From Vermamoeba vermiformis (Eukaryota), in the NCBI GenBank assembly GCA_045837725.1, contig JBEWZL010000243.1, forward strand, positions 1 to 64,000: a DNA stretch of 64,000 nucleotides, written 5' to 3'. Shown here piece by piece: positions 1-10,705 of the stretch. The translations under genes and the position numbers were made by a program. Every line of letters begins with the position of its first letter. The stretch's first letter is position 1. The notes below the pieces were generated by a model. The model saw only the letters and a list, made by a program, of their open reading frames with translations. It made no database searches and was not told the DNA's origin.

Positions 1-1201
1 AGCATCCAAACAGTATACTTACACCACTGCTGGTATTTCACAGTGCTTTCAATCATTCCTTTTAGAAACATTAACTTGACGTCGTTTGGAATTCCTTGAA
101 GGGCAACTCCTAGCATGTTCTTCACTGTGAAGGGTTGCTTTTTACTATAGTAAAATATAACGGATTAACATGGATTCATTTGATTAGTGGAATACTTACA
201 CATTTGAGAAGATTTTCGTCAGAGTGAAATGCGTCGTGAGGATGGAGGAAAGATCCTTGAAAGTTTCTCTAGGCAAATTTTTAAACAAAATAGTGCAATC
301 CCCTGTTCACAAGCTGTGTTAGTGTTGCTCCTTGCATCAAAGTCAAAATTCTTACCAAGCTTGTGAACAGCAAGCAGTTGGGATGCCTCCTTGGAAAAAG
401 CAGCCTTTTGTTCTTCTGAAGCTGTTTCATAAGTCACGTTGGCAGCTTTGGCTAGCAAGTCGCACATTTGATCAATCAAAATAACCTTGTCCATTAGGTT
501 AAGCTCCAGAAAGTTCTCTGTGTCGTTTTTCTGCAAGTCCATGCCAACACGAAACAAATCCTGAATCAAAAGTTTAGATCAAGCGGATCAAAACTATTTC
601 TACTTACTGGTTCATCCTTGGGAACTAGCACTTTAACTTGAAATGCTTGCAGCAGCTCCCACAACATGAAGTAGTGCACTACAACAGCACGGTGCTGCCC
701 TAAAAGTTCAAAGGTTAATCAACATAAAACAAGGTTGTGATCGCATACCAATGCAAACAGCATAGCTGATTTCCCCTGTTTGCTTGTGCTGAACAGGCAC
801 AATTGTTGGTGCTCCTTGGCTAGTACTCCACGGAGTGCAGTTCACCATCAAATTTCGCACATGATCTAAGGACAGGGCACGGATGTTGAGACTGCATCCA
901 GAAAGTTAGTTAATACAAACAAATTGAATTAGCAACTTACGCTCGTCCTTTGACAATACTATCAGCAGCAAAGATTGGCTTTGACATTGTGACTGTTGTT
1001 GCACCGTTTTGCAAGTCCTCCTGACAAAATGCAACATTGAAGTGCGGCAACCTAAACAGATATTAATAATTAATTAAAGTTTTTCAATTTCACTTACTTG
1101 AAGCGATTAGGCCGGTTGCAACAAGGATTTGCACAGGGCTCTGTTGTTGGAGTAGTCAAAGTCGTCACTACAGAATAGTTCTCCATGTCCAGCTCAAAAG
1201 T
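1..1201 (-). CDS. Multi-exon orphan protein with a ParB/sulfiredoxin-like motif (runs off window start)
   Basis: Manual splicing at GT-AG sites gives a continuous frame: ...SIVKGRALNIRALSLDHVRNLMVNCTPWSTSQGAPTIVPVQHKQTGEISYAVCIGQHRAVVVHYFML..., then joins ORF 219..569 (DLFRVGMDLQKND...). N-x-R, P-x-I-V and GQHR spacing resembles ParB-N. Confidence 0.5.
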
Positions 1202-1253
1202 CTGCAAAAAAAAAAAATGATTATCCGTGCATGGAATAAAATGACTATAGGTC

Positions 1254-1720
1254 GAGGCAGGACTCTATGGCCGGCCATAAAAGAAAAATTAAAAAAAAAA
1301 CTGCCCACACCTGGATTCGAACCTGCTCCAAGCACTGTAGCAGGCAGGACTCTATGGCCAGCCATAGAGGAAAAATAAAAAAAACTGCCCGCACCTGGAT
1401 TCGAACCTGCTCCAGTGCTTTGGAAGGTGGGCCTCTATGGCCGGCCATAAAGAAAATAAAAAAAATTGCCTGCAGCTGGATTCGAACCTGCGCCTTTGAG
1501 GCAAATAGCAGAACTCTATGGCCGGCCATAAAGAAAATAAAAAAAAAACTGCCTGCACCTGGATTCGAACCTGCTCCAAGAACTGCAGCAGCAGGACTCT
1601 ATGGCCGGCCATAGAGGAAAAATAAAAAAAACTGCCCGCAGCTGGATTCGAACCACAATGACAGGTTCGAGTCCCACTGTGGCAATTGATTTTTTTTATT
1701 TTTGTTATGGCCGGCCATAA
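1254..1720 (-). repeat. Tandem array (~84 bp unit) of tRNA B-box-containing units with TATGGCCGGCCATA palindrome
   Basis: Palindrome at 1266, 1353 (one mismatch), 1436, 1517, 1600, 1706. GGATTCGAACC (B-box GGTTCGAATCC on minus strand) at 1313, 1397, 1478, 1561, 1644. One inverted B-box GGTTCGAGTCC at ~1664. A-tracts read as oligo-T on the minus strand. Confidence 0.9.
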
Positions 1721-2329
1721 ATTTTGGTCTAAAAGTTGGTTCTCTGATCCGGACTTTTACGCAAGAAAGGCAAAAATTATAATTGATAGGCCATTTATCT
1801 TTATGATTAGATGTAAAATAAGTTAAAATTGCTGCATTTATTAAAAATAAATGTGCGTGATTTTTTCCGGACCAGATTTGATTTTAAAAAACCTTTTAAT
1901 TTTATGCAGCAGGCAAAAATATCTTTAAAAAAACATTGCATAATATAATTAAGATATTTTAATATTATTTAAGCGCTTTGTTATAAAAATTACTTACATC
2001 CGTTGGTAAGTCTGGCAGCTTCTTTTGCACCAAAGTCTGTTGGTGTCGTGTTGCGGATTCTTCAGCCATGATGTGAGAGTTGTGGTTGCGAGAGTAAACA
2101 AGCTTAAAAAAAGAAAGAAATTTTTACCGTTACAAGTCGCGCAGATCAAAATTGAACAGCTGTAGAAACACAACAACACCTGCCTTTTACCCTAATTTTG
2201 GTAAGTAATATTAAATGTAAATGTTTTTTATTGATTGCTGGTGTCAGTTCACCAGCAGTTCGTTGTACATGCTTAAATCCGATCCAAAAACTAATTTTTA
2301 TTTTCAAAATTCAGGACTGAGCCAAAAAT

Positions 2330-3550
2330 ATGAACTTTGCTGACAAAATAATTATGCTCTACGCAGGTGAGCATTATTATATTTTTGTTCTGTCATCTGT
2401 CTCGGTGAATCCTGACATCTGGCATTTTTCAGGCAAACCTCCAGGATATAAACCAACCGAGGAGGAGAGTATGTACTTATCTTGTTATTGACACCTGTTT
2501 TACTAATTCTACCTCCTGTAGTAAAGAGGGTGAATGCGCTTGCCCGTGCCAAGTCCAAATCAAAGAAGCAGTCTGAAGGTAATACTGTTGAAATCTTATC
2601 GTTCTTAGTCATTCTAACTGTTGATAATAGAAACTTCTTCTGAGAGTGACCTCAGTGACCGGTTTTCCCCACAAGGAGGTCCCACGAATGCTATTGATGT
2701 GGATGAGGTGCACGACACAGCTTCTATTCCCAACCCTCCAGCCTCCCCTGCGCAATCTCCTCCCCTCATTTTTACTGCAAATGTCAATAGCTCCAAATTA
2801 ATTGCGGAAATGCAGAAAAAATTCACCAACTTGGAAGTTATTGACTTGCAGTAAGTACAAATATTGTTAAATTGAATGTATGCTAATTGCTTGTTTTAGT
2901 GATCCAAATGGAATTTACCACGTACTGCAGCCATACGCTATGCAAAGCATTGTGCAAATTCCTGTAAGTATTTCTTTTAGTTTTTTAATGCAATGCAATA
3001 GACACAAGGCTAACCGCACAAATGACAGGTAATTAATTCTGCAAGGATTTCTGTTACTGTTCAAGGGCTTTATGAGTGCTTCAAGTTGTTTAAGCACAAT
3101 CCAAACATCGACGTGGTTATGTTGCAAAAACATCAAGAAAAGATCGTGCGCAAAGAGCCAGCAAAAGATTTACTTGGTTGGCAATTGGTAAGTAACTTTA
3201 TTTTTACTTCAAATATAAGCTTATATTTAAATTACATGACTTTACAGGGGGAAAAAAGCACAACCTTAGTTTCTGCCGAGATTGCGCACCATCTGTTCCA
3301 CATTTTGCCATACTTATGGGTGATGGAGAAATCAAAGCCAATTTGCTTGAAGTTTCTTCGTGATTTTCTTAAGGATGGAAAAAGGCTCCTGCTACTTGAC
3401 TCTGCCAACAATTTTGATATCAACGACTATTCCTCCCCTGTTTCCGTTGCGACTCTTGTTAAATTAATTCTTGAAGATCAGGCACAAGCAATAATAGAGG
3501 ATATCAAGAACACATATGACAATGTAGATCTGAGCATGTATTCTCTGTAA
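2330..3550 (+). CDS. Six-exon protein with divergent DUF6939-like C-terminal domain
   Basis: Spliced frame MNFADKIIMLYAGKPPGYKP...QIPVINSARISVTVQGLYECFKLFKHNP...ILPYLWVME...RLLLLDSANNFDINDYSSPVSVATLVKLILE. This resembles, from memory, the bacterial DUF6939 pattern (IPVP..SVEGIWQGLKVF..Y.WVLE..VLLDY.TN.D..D..PLSHA.LIK). Confidence 0.55.
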
Positions 3551-3776
3551 ATAAATGAAGTTCATGCAAATTTCTTTTTGTTGGATCAGGCCTTTTTGGA
3601 ACCTGTGGCAGTGCACAGGATAGAATAGAATATGATAGAATAGAATATACATGAAGGGATAGCAATATTTGGCATTAACATGGTGAGAGTTTGAGAATTT
3701 GGAAGAGGCGGGATCTGCTCAGCAGAAATGTTAAGTTCAAGTTGCAAGAAGACAACCAAACAGCAAATTTCGAATA

Positions 3777-4090
3777 TTATGGCTGGTCATAAAGATAGAC
3801 ATTATGCCATGATAAACTTGCAATTGAACCCAGGACTTTGGCAGGAGTCAATTTATGGCTGGCCATAAAGTAAAAATAAGATATTTGCCCACACCTGGAA
3901 TTGAACCTGCGCCAGTGTTGCAGCAACTCTATGGCTGGCCATAGAGGGAAAATAAAAAACTGCCCACACTTGGATTTGAACCTGCGCCTGGATTCAAACC
4001 ACGATGACAGGTTCGAGTCCCACTGTGGCCATAGATTTTTTTTATTTCTGTTATGGCTGGCCATAGACAAACAACGAAATTGCCCACACC
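3777..4090 (-). repeat. Second, decayed copy of the B-box/palindrome array
   Basis: Same unit and same terminal block (ccac.atgacaggttcgagtcccactgtggc) as 1254-1720, same orientation. Palindromes read TATGGCTGG(C/T)CATA and B-boxes read GGAATTGAACC, GGATTTGAACC, GGATTCAAACC. Confidence 0.85.
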
Positions 4091-4367
4091 ATGCTTCTCA
4101 GGCCTAATTTGTCACCACACCATTTACAAGCTTCATTTTAATGCAGCTTTTATTAGATGAAAATCAAACCAACTACACTAAGGCAATATTAAACACTTTG
4201 CCTGCAACGCAGTCAATGCATCACTTGCATAAGCCACAAAGCCATCTGCAAAAATCCATCAGCCCAATCACAGTATGTAAGTACTGTCAGAGCTCGCTTT
4301 GACACGGAATTCAAATTGGTCACTCCAGAACTACCCCAGTGCATCTGTGCCATGGTTGCAAAGTTAA

Positions 4368-4571
4368 CCCCCTTGTTGACCAAGTTTGACCAGACCCCGT
4401 CCGCGCCACGGGGACGCCCCCTTGTTGACCAAGTTTGACCAGACCCCCGTCCGCGCCACAGGGACGCCTCCTTGTTGACCAAGTTTGACCAGACCCCCGT
4501 CCGCGCCACGGGGACGCCTCCTTGTTGACCAAGTTTGACCAGACCCCCGTCCGCGCCACGGGGACGCCCCT
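4368..4571. repeat. ~50 bp GC-rich tandem repeat, 4 copies
   Basis: Unit ccttgttgaccaagtttgaccagacccccgtccgcgccac(g/a)gggacgcc; contains a CCCCGT/ACGGGG stem. Confidence 0.95.
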
Positions 4572-4630
4572 GTAAAAAAAGTTAAAAAGTTAAACCCTAA
4601 AGTGGAAGTTAGCCCTACATAGTATACTAA

Positions 4631-4912
4631 TATTACCTTGAACAATCTCGGTCACTGCACCGAGATTCAGATGACGTTAGATCGGCGCGCTGAGTCTCGC
4701 GCTGGAACGACGCTGAATGTCATTTGGCGCGTGTTGGTATGTTGCAAATAATGTTTCAAAAGAATAACTCGACCGTTGCGGTAGAAAATAGCTAAATCCA
4801 TAAGATGGTTCAAAATAACTCGCGCTGAAACGACTGAGTCGTGGCGCGTAACTATCAGCTGTTAATAGACGATAGTTAATAAATACTTCGACCCTTGTGG
4901 TCGATCTGTTTT
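4631..4912. repeat. Structured hairpin module, copy 1 (direct repeat of 15026-15455)
   Basis: tattacctt.aa..ATCTCGGTCACTGCACCGAGAT, then two CGCGCTG-stem-GGCGCG units and TCGACCCTTGTGGTCGATCTG, all found again at 15026-15455. Confidence 0.85.
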
Positions 4913-5676
4913 ACTCTGGAAAAAAACTGACACAGATCAAAACGCGCGCAATTATCTTGTCTTTCAATCGAATCCTTTATTAGTAAATAAACAATTAATG
5001 CTGTAAATATTCATTTTTGGCACGTATTCAGGAGAAAGCACGAGAAAGAAGAAAGATCCGTTCCGTACTTTTCTTAATCCGGACAATTATTGAGCGATAA
5101 TTAAAAACCCTAATACCAAAAACTTTCACCCTAACCTCTGACCCTTACCGAACACATTAAACCAATTCAAAGATCCGATGGCAATCTCTGGCTGGTTTTT
5201 TTTGGCCTAAATTTTTAGTTAGTTCGGTTTTTGTCAAACCAAAAATAAATCGTTCTTATTCATCTCATCCTTCAACAGGCAACACGTCGTTCAAGACGTT
5301 TGCCACCAAGTTTATATTTGTATTTTATTTTTTTTTCTCTCATCTAATCCCACCCACAATAAGGTAAGCAGCATTTTCGCTCGTTCTTAACGAGCAAAAC
5401 CGTGGTTCGGGGCCAATTTAATTTTATATTAAATCATTTTAAAATTCTTTGCCTCTCTTACCACGGGCTTCTGGGTGGTCTTACCTCCCTCGTGTGCGTC
5501 GCGGTCTTACCGCTTGTCTTACACAGTCCTTGACTGCACCCTTGCCCTACCAGTCCTTGACTGATAGACAGTCTAACCGTCAAATTGATTACAGGCGGTC
5601 TTACCGTCAAACAAACAAATCTTGTAATTTTTTTTTTATTCAAATAAAAGTTGTAATCAACAAAAAACCTGCGTTT

Positions 5677-6799
5677 CTATTCTATTTCTTTGTTTAAAGA
5701 AAAAATTGAATCTTCGAGGTCGACATCTAACTCTTCCTTGTACTCATCGAGGTCTTCAGGTAATATTATGCTCGTATCTATCGATTCTTTTCATTAGTAA
5801 ATTAGTAATTTGTTATTTATATTTTGTATTACTTACTATCACTTAGTAATTCTTTTATTGTTAGATCTGGTTCATCTAATACGAATTGCTCCAACAAAGG
5901 AATTCTCATCTCGCATCTCTTTCTTTGTTCACGACGCTCTTTAATTCCTTTTTCTAATTGGACTAAGTCTCTCAAAAGTTGGTGAATCTGGCGTTGTTTT
6001 TTAAGGTAAACGTCCTTGTAGAACTGCCGTTCTTGTTCTAACAGTTCTTTTGCAGCACGGTGAGCGGCTGAAACCACCAAAGGCAGCATCTCCTCGTCGT
6101 AAGTCACGAAGTGATTATTGTACTTGATTAGGTAAGTGAGTTCCTGGCTCATCTTCTTTTTGTCGGCAAGTACTACCGGGGCAACATCGTCGATGCAAAC
6201 CACGACGGGTATGGATAGAACAGAGAATTCCTCTCTCAATTCCGTGGCCAGATCGACAAAAGTTTGCCAGCCCTCGAGAAAAGTAAGTTGATCACCGTAA
6301 CAATTGAATTTTGTACGTACCTGATTAGTCCTAACCATTCGTAGCATCTCATTAACCGTCGATAACGCGAAGCCACGCCAGACAGGACTAATAGTGTCCA
6401 CGTCAAACCTAACCCTGAGGCGGTACATTGACTTGTGGACCTTGTGAACGATGAGGGCTCCGAACTTTGCAACAGCAAAAGAATCGGAAAAATATTGGTT
6501 ACCATCTTTGTCTACGGCCCAATAATAACCGTAAGTACTATTTTGTAACCCGTCGATTAAGCTAAAGAAAACAAATATTAATACCGATTCATAAGTATAT
6601 TAATATTACTTACTTGAAGGAATTTTTGGTCGGATTAAACCTAAACACACGTTAAAATTATCGTCTAATAGATTTTGTTATTACAGGGAGATTTGCACAT
6701 CCAAGAACACCGATGGATCTTTCGTCAAGTCAATAGTATTCCTTTTTTTAAAGCGAAATAAGAAAGGGCCATCGTAATTAACAGCACATACCCTGCCAT
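5677..6799 (-). CDS. Orphan protein (5 exons) with N-terminal repeated domain, coiled coil and acidic tail
   Basis: Spliced model MAGNTIDLTKDPSVFLDVQISLFNPTKNSFNLIDGLQNSTYGYYWAVDKDGNQYFSDSFAVAKF... joins ORF 5829..6428. Last exon KSIDTSIILPEDLDEYKEELDVDLEDSIFSLNKEIE*. Confidence 0.6.
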
Positions 6800-6902
6800 T
6801 ATGGTCTTTAACAATAAAACAAGTAGAAAGTGCTAGGTTTTGCAGAATTTGTCGGTAAAAACGATATTTTTGCAGCCTCTTTATTTTTACGATTACAATT
6901 AC

Positions 6903-8413
6903 TTAATTTGAACGACGTAACACCGGTTTACCATTTTCAAGGTTGATGGTAATACCAGGTGCGACGATGTGGAAGAATTCCTGCACCTTTTCGTCGATCC
7001 GATCCACCGTGAAATTCGAAAGCAAGACATTAGCATCGTGTAAACTCACCATTCCTGCGTTGTCGTTGGCAGAGTTATCGAGGTGATACACTGTCGAGAG
7101 GATAGGCTTGGGCTTCGGAACTCTGGCGCCTTGGCCATCCAATACTTGGTAAACGTAGTCCGAATCCAATTGAAGGATCCACCACAACAAGTTTTTGGAC
7201 AAGTATATGGCTGCGTAAAATCTATCTGCCATATAATAGTGTCCTAATGTAGGATGGCAGCGACAAATAACCCTGATTAGTAAGGTGAGTTAAGTTATAT
7301 AACCGAGATAACGTACGTGGCATTAACCAGCGATTTCAGGTATCGTTGTTCTTCTTCTTTCTCGTTTCCCAGCAAAGAAAAAGAGTCATCTTCGATTATC
7401 TCAGACTGCTGCTGATCCTTCTCAGCAACCTTGCTGAATTTGGAAGGTTCGTCTCCTTCTGGAGGAGATTCGGCCTTTCTTTTGCTTTGGATCGAAGTCA
7501 AGCTTGCTCGAACTCCCAATGTCTTCTTCTTCGCGGTCGAAGAAGCACCTTCCTTCGAGTCTTGTTCGAAGGTCAGTTCGGTTAGCTTCCTCTGGACTTT
7601 CTTTTTTTGCTCCAAAGGAGGACTCGTCGGATCTTCTACGTCTATGGGACGAGAACACGATCTGTCCTTCTGAGGAGTAGAGTCTGAAGAGGAAGTAACC
7701 TTGCTTATGCTCACGTAAAAAGATCTGCCGGGAGAATGGTACGGTTGGGTAAGTGCCGAGGCCTTCAATTCCTCATCGGACACTTGAGACAGAGCAGCTT
7801 GATAACTGGTATCTGGCAGGTTGTTTTCGAGAGATAGATCCAGTGCAGACGCTTCTTCGGCTCTGGGCTTAATGTCTTCTTCGGCCTCCTCTTCGATCGC
7901 ATCCACGCGTGTGTCGAAGTCCTCTTCGAAGCAGCTGTCTTCGTACTTTATCACCAGCTTCATTTCTTCGTTGTCGTAATCCAGCTCCAAGCCTTCGAGG
8001 TAATTGACGAATTCTTCTGCCGTGCTCACGTATTCATTGATTGTTTTTTTCCCGTTAGCTCTGCTGATCCATGCGTGCAAGATGGAGTTGACCTCTTCTA
8101 GTTAATTGGTCTTCAATATGGACTTGGCAGGTGAAGCGTCAGTAGTCCAGTGGTTGATTTGAAGACCTTTGGGTACCTTTGCAGGAGAAGGTTTGTCGGG
8201 TACGTACTTATTCACCCTGGAAAGTAACGAATTAACGCTTATTCCCAGCAATTCTGCTATTGCAAAGCTGTTAAGCCAATGCTTTTGCCCGTCAGAGGTT
8301 GCCAAGTGGAAGTGACCGTGCTGAGAGTCGCACCAGCAAGAGTAAGTTTCTTTTCTAGTTTAGAGTAAGAAAATAATGGTGTAATTCATTTACACTTACT
8401 TATCAAAGCTCAT
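6903..8413 (-). pseudogene. Orphan gene (3 exons) with two CxC..GH domains, BRO-N/HTH-like N-terminus, and one in-frame TAA
   Basis: ATG at 8413, intron, then KKETYSCWCDSQHGHFHLATSDGQKHWLNSFAIAELLG... ORFs 8102..8305 and 7295..8080 are in the same frame, separated by a single TAA at 8102-8104. An intron at ~7273-7316 joins ORF 6903..7232. Confidence 0.55.
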
Positions 8414-8708
8414 GTGTGTTATCGGTTCTTTTGTTAGTTAAATAAAGCGATTTTTCCAACCGACAATAAATGCAGAAGTTTGCAGTTTTTGGAAGATGAT
8501 TTTTTGTTTCGAACAATACGTGGTTAATACAGCATTTATTTCGTACGCTTGACAACATGAGTAAGTGATATAGCTTTTTTTTAACAATAGTTAATCAATG
8601 CTGTTTGTAGATGAAAAAAACCTGGCATCGCTGATCTGACAACAAGAAAAAGCTGAAGCTCGGAAAGATGATTATGGTGGAAAGTATAAAAAATTAGTGC
8701 AACGCCTG

Positions 8709-10116
8709 ATGCAACATGAAACAATATCCTTTCACGACTTCTATTTTCCTGAGGTAAGTGTTCGTAATTCTGCCAGTTATTTTTTACGTTTAATTTGTCA
8801 TTAAAGCAAGTCAAATGTTTAATTGGTAATTTACATTATTAGCATTTAGTAGTCAATATCGATCAAAACTACAGAATGCGATCAATTCGAGACTGCAAAT
8901 TTGCACACAATTATCGACTGTCAGTTTGATTGACTTCATTTTCGATCAGAAAGAAACCAACGAGATGGATGTAAAGCTCTGGACTCCTTACGAGGCGAAG
9001 CACATCATGGCCTCGCTGTACACCATGCGAAGACTCCCGTGCAGCAATCCGCTTTCTTTGAACGTGAACGAGTGGCGTTACCAAGTTGCCAAGTTCATGT
9101 TCTTGACCGAGTTCAGGCGAGTCATCGCAGACCGTGTCGTGGACAAGGAATCTGGTTGCAGGATTTTGATACGTAATGCCTGTCCCAACATTTGGTACGA
9201 CAAGGAGGGCTACGCGACCGCCAGCTTCACTTACTACAACCTGCGCTTTCGCCTTCGAGTGTCTCATTTGGTGATGTTTTGGCATCGACGAGATAGGCCA
9301 GGACCTTGGGCAGTCGACGAAAGCGGTAGATTCTTGTTGGAGCCGGACCAACCCAGAGCCAAGATTGACCTCAGCCACTTGTGCCACGTCAAACTCTGCA
9401 CCAACGAGGATCACCTCGAATGGGAGTTGACGGAAGTGAACGCCGAGCGAAACAAGTGCATCGTGAAAGGCCGTTGCATTGGTCACGTTCACCCCGTCAC
9501 AAAAAAGAGACTCAGGAGCTGCATCTTCCACCCTTCAATTAAGAACAATCAACTCGGAGAGTACGAAGATATGGACTCCCATTTCCAGCGTTTCCTCGCT
9601 TCAATTCGTCCTCTCGACTTGAACAGATACCGGCGCAATCTCAAAAACCAGATGGTTGCTCATTCCGAACAGTCGGCCAAGCGTTGGTACTCCAGTGCCA
9701 TGCAGCTCATTCGCCTGGTACCTCTTTCTCCGTACAAAATGTTCAATGACGACAAAACGGAGAAATTTTGGCTCAAGGAGCTGAAACTGAACGATCAACT
9801 GGAAGATCAATCAGTTGACTCTGACGACGATGATGGTTCTCAGCCTGATTCTTCCAAATCCAATTCTGCACTTCACTCTGATATGGGCACACTACCCTTG
9901 ATGCCTGACGACGATGATGGTGAATCTGAGCCTATGGATACCGAAGATATTGTGTACGATTCGGAAGCAACAGTAGATGGAGGAGATGATGACAGTGTAA
10001 TCTACTTGTACAGCGATGAAGAGCAGGATTCGAACGACTCTGATTCTGATTACTACTGCGACAGCGACGTTAGCTTTGACTCCGCTGATGAAAGAAGCGA
10101 CTCAAATGATTGTTGA
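8709..10116 (+). CDS. His-Cys box (His-Me finger, I-PpoI-like) homing-type endonuclease with long acidic tail
   Basis: SHLCHVKLCTNEDHLEWELTEVNAERNKC..C..H..C (9373-9522) matches the I-PpoI zinc-binding loop pattern SHLCH.x.C.N..HL.WE....N..RN.C. An upstream exon (..FHDFYFPE) splices in frame via intron 8753-8874. The true start may lie further 5' (~8557). Confidence 0.85.
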
Positions 10117-10258
10117 TTTCCAATTATTGGATTATTTGTATTCTTATTTTAGTAAAATATTTTTTCTATCATGAACTTACATCGACATTCATGTACTTAG
10201 TTTAAAGTGCTCTCTTGGTCTCCATTCATGGATACTTAGTCGTCACCACTGAAATCAC

Positions 10259-10705
10259 GTGTTAATAACATTGTTGCAGATTAATGGCTTCTCGTACAAA
10301 GTTGTGGAAATGTTTTGCACTTCACCAAACGAGCTCAAGCATGCCCTCTCAAATATTCACAATACTGATGATGGGCTAGCTGCTGCAACCCAGCTGATGG
10401 ATCACCTTATCAATACTGTACGCAGAGTACATCCGACACATGAAGAAAGCAACATTGATATCGCGCGTAAAGAATTAGCTCGACTCAAGCAAAATCTTTA
10501 TAATTGTAATAGCTTTTACATTAATCTGAGGCAGTTCACACAATGCAGACCTGTGCAGTGCATGGATGGTAAATGCTGCTTGAGTCCTGTAAGTTGTAAT
10601 CAATCAATGTTGTACAAGGTCACTGTGAATGTGGGTCATCCAAGTGATGGCAGGCTGGTCATTAATGCCCAGCCTGAAACTGCTATGAGGTACACAAGTG
10701 CATAA
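10259..10705 (+). CDS. Hypothetical Cys-containing protein (main exon; 5' end uncertain)
   Basis: 148-codon open frame with a ttgcag acceptor near its start; no recognisable motif. Confidence 0.4.
   Translation: MLITLLQINGFSYKVVEMFCTSPNELKHALSNIHNTDDGLAAATQLMDHLINTVRRVHPTHEESNIDIARKELARLKQNLYNCNSFYINLRQFTQCRPVQCMDGKCCLSPVSCNQSMLYKVTVNVGHPSDGRLVINAQPETAMRYTSA

Noticed and set aside
1254-1720. tRNA gene cluster
   Set aside because: Only the T-loop/B-box is tRNA-like; no acceptor stem, D-arm or anticodon arm can be paired.
1168-4645. Short ORFs over repeats (1168-1614, 3777-4107, 4213-4645)
   Set aside because: They are translations of tandem repeats, open in several frames and on both strands.
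8911-9531. 206-aa antisense ORF opposite the endonuclease
   Set aside because: No motif; fully overlaps the conserved nuclease domain.
8500-10300. Group I intron / rDNA host for the homing endonuclease
   Set aside because: No recognisable rRNA sequence or group I core elements in the window; the flanks are protein-coding or AT-rich.
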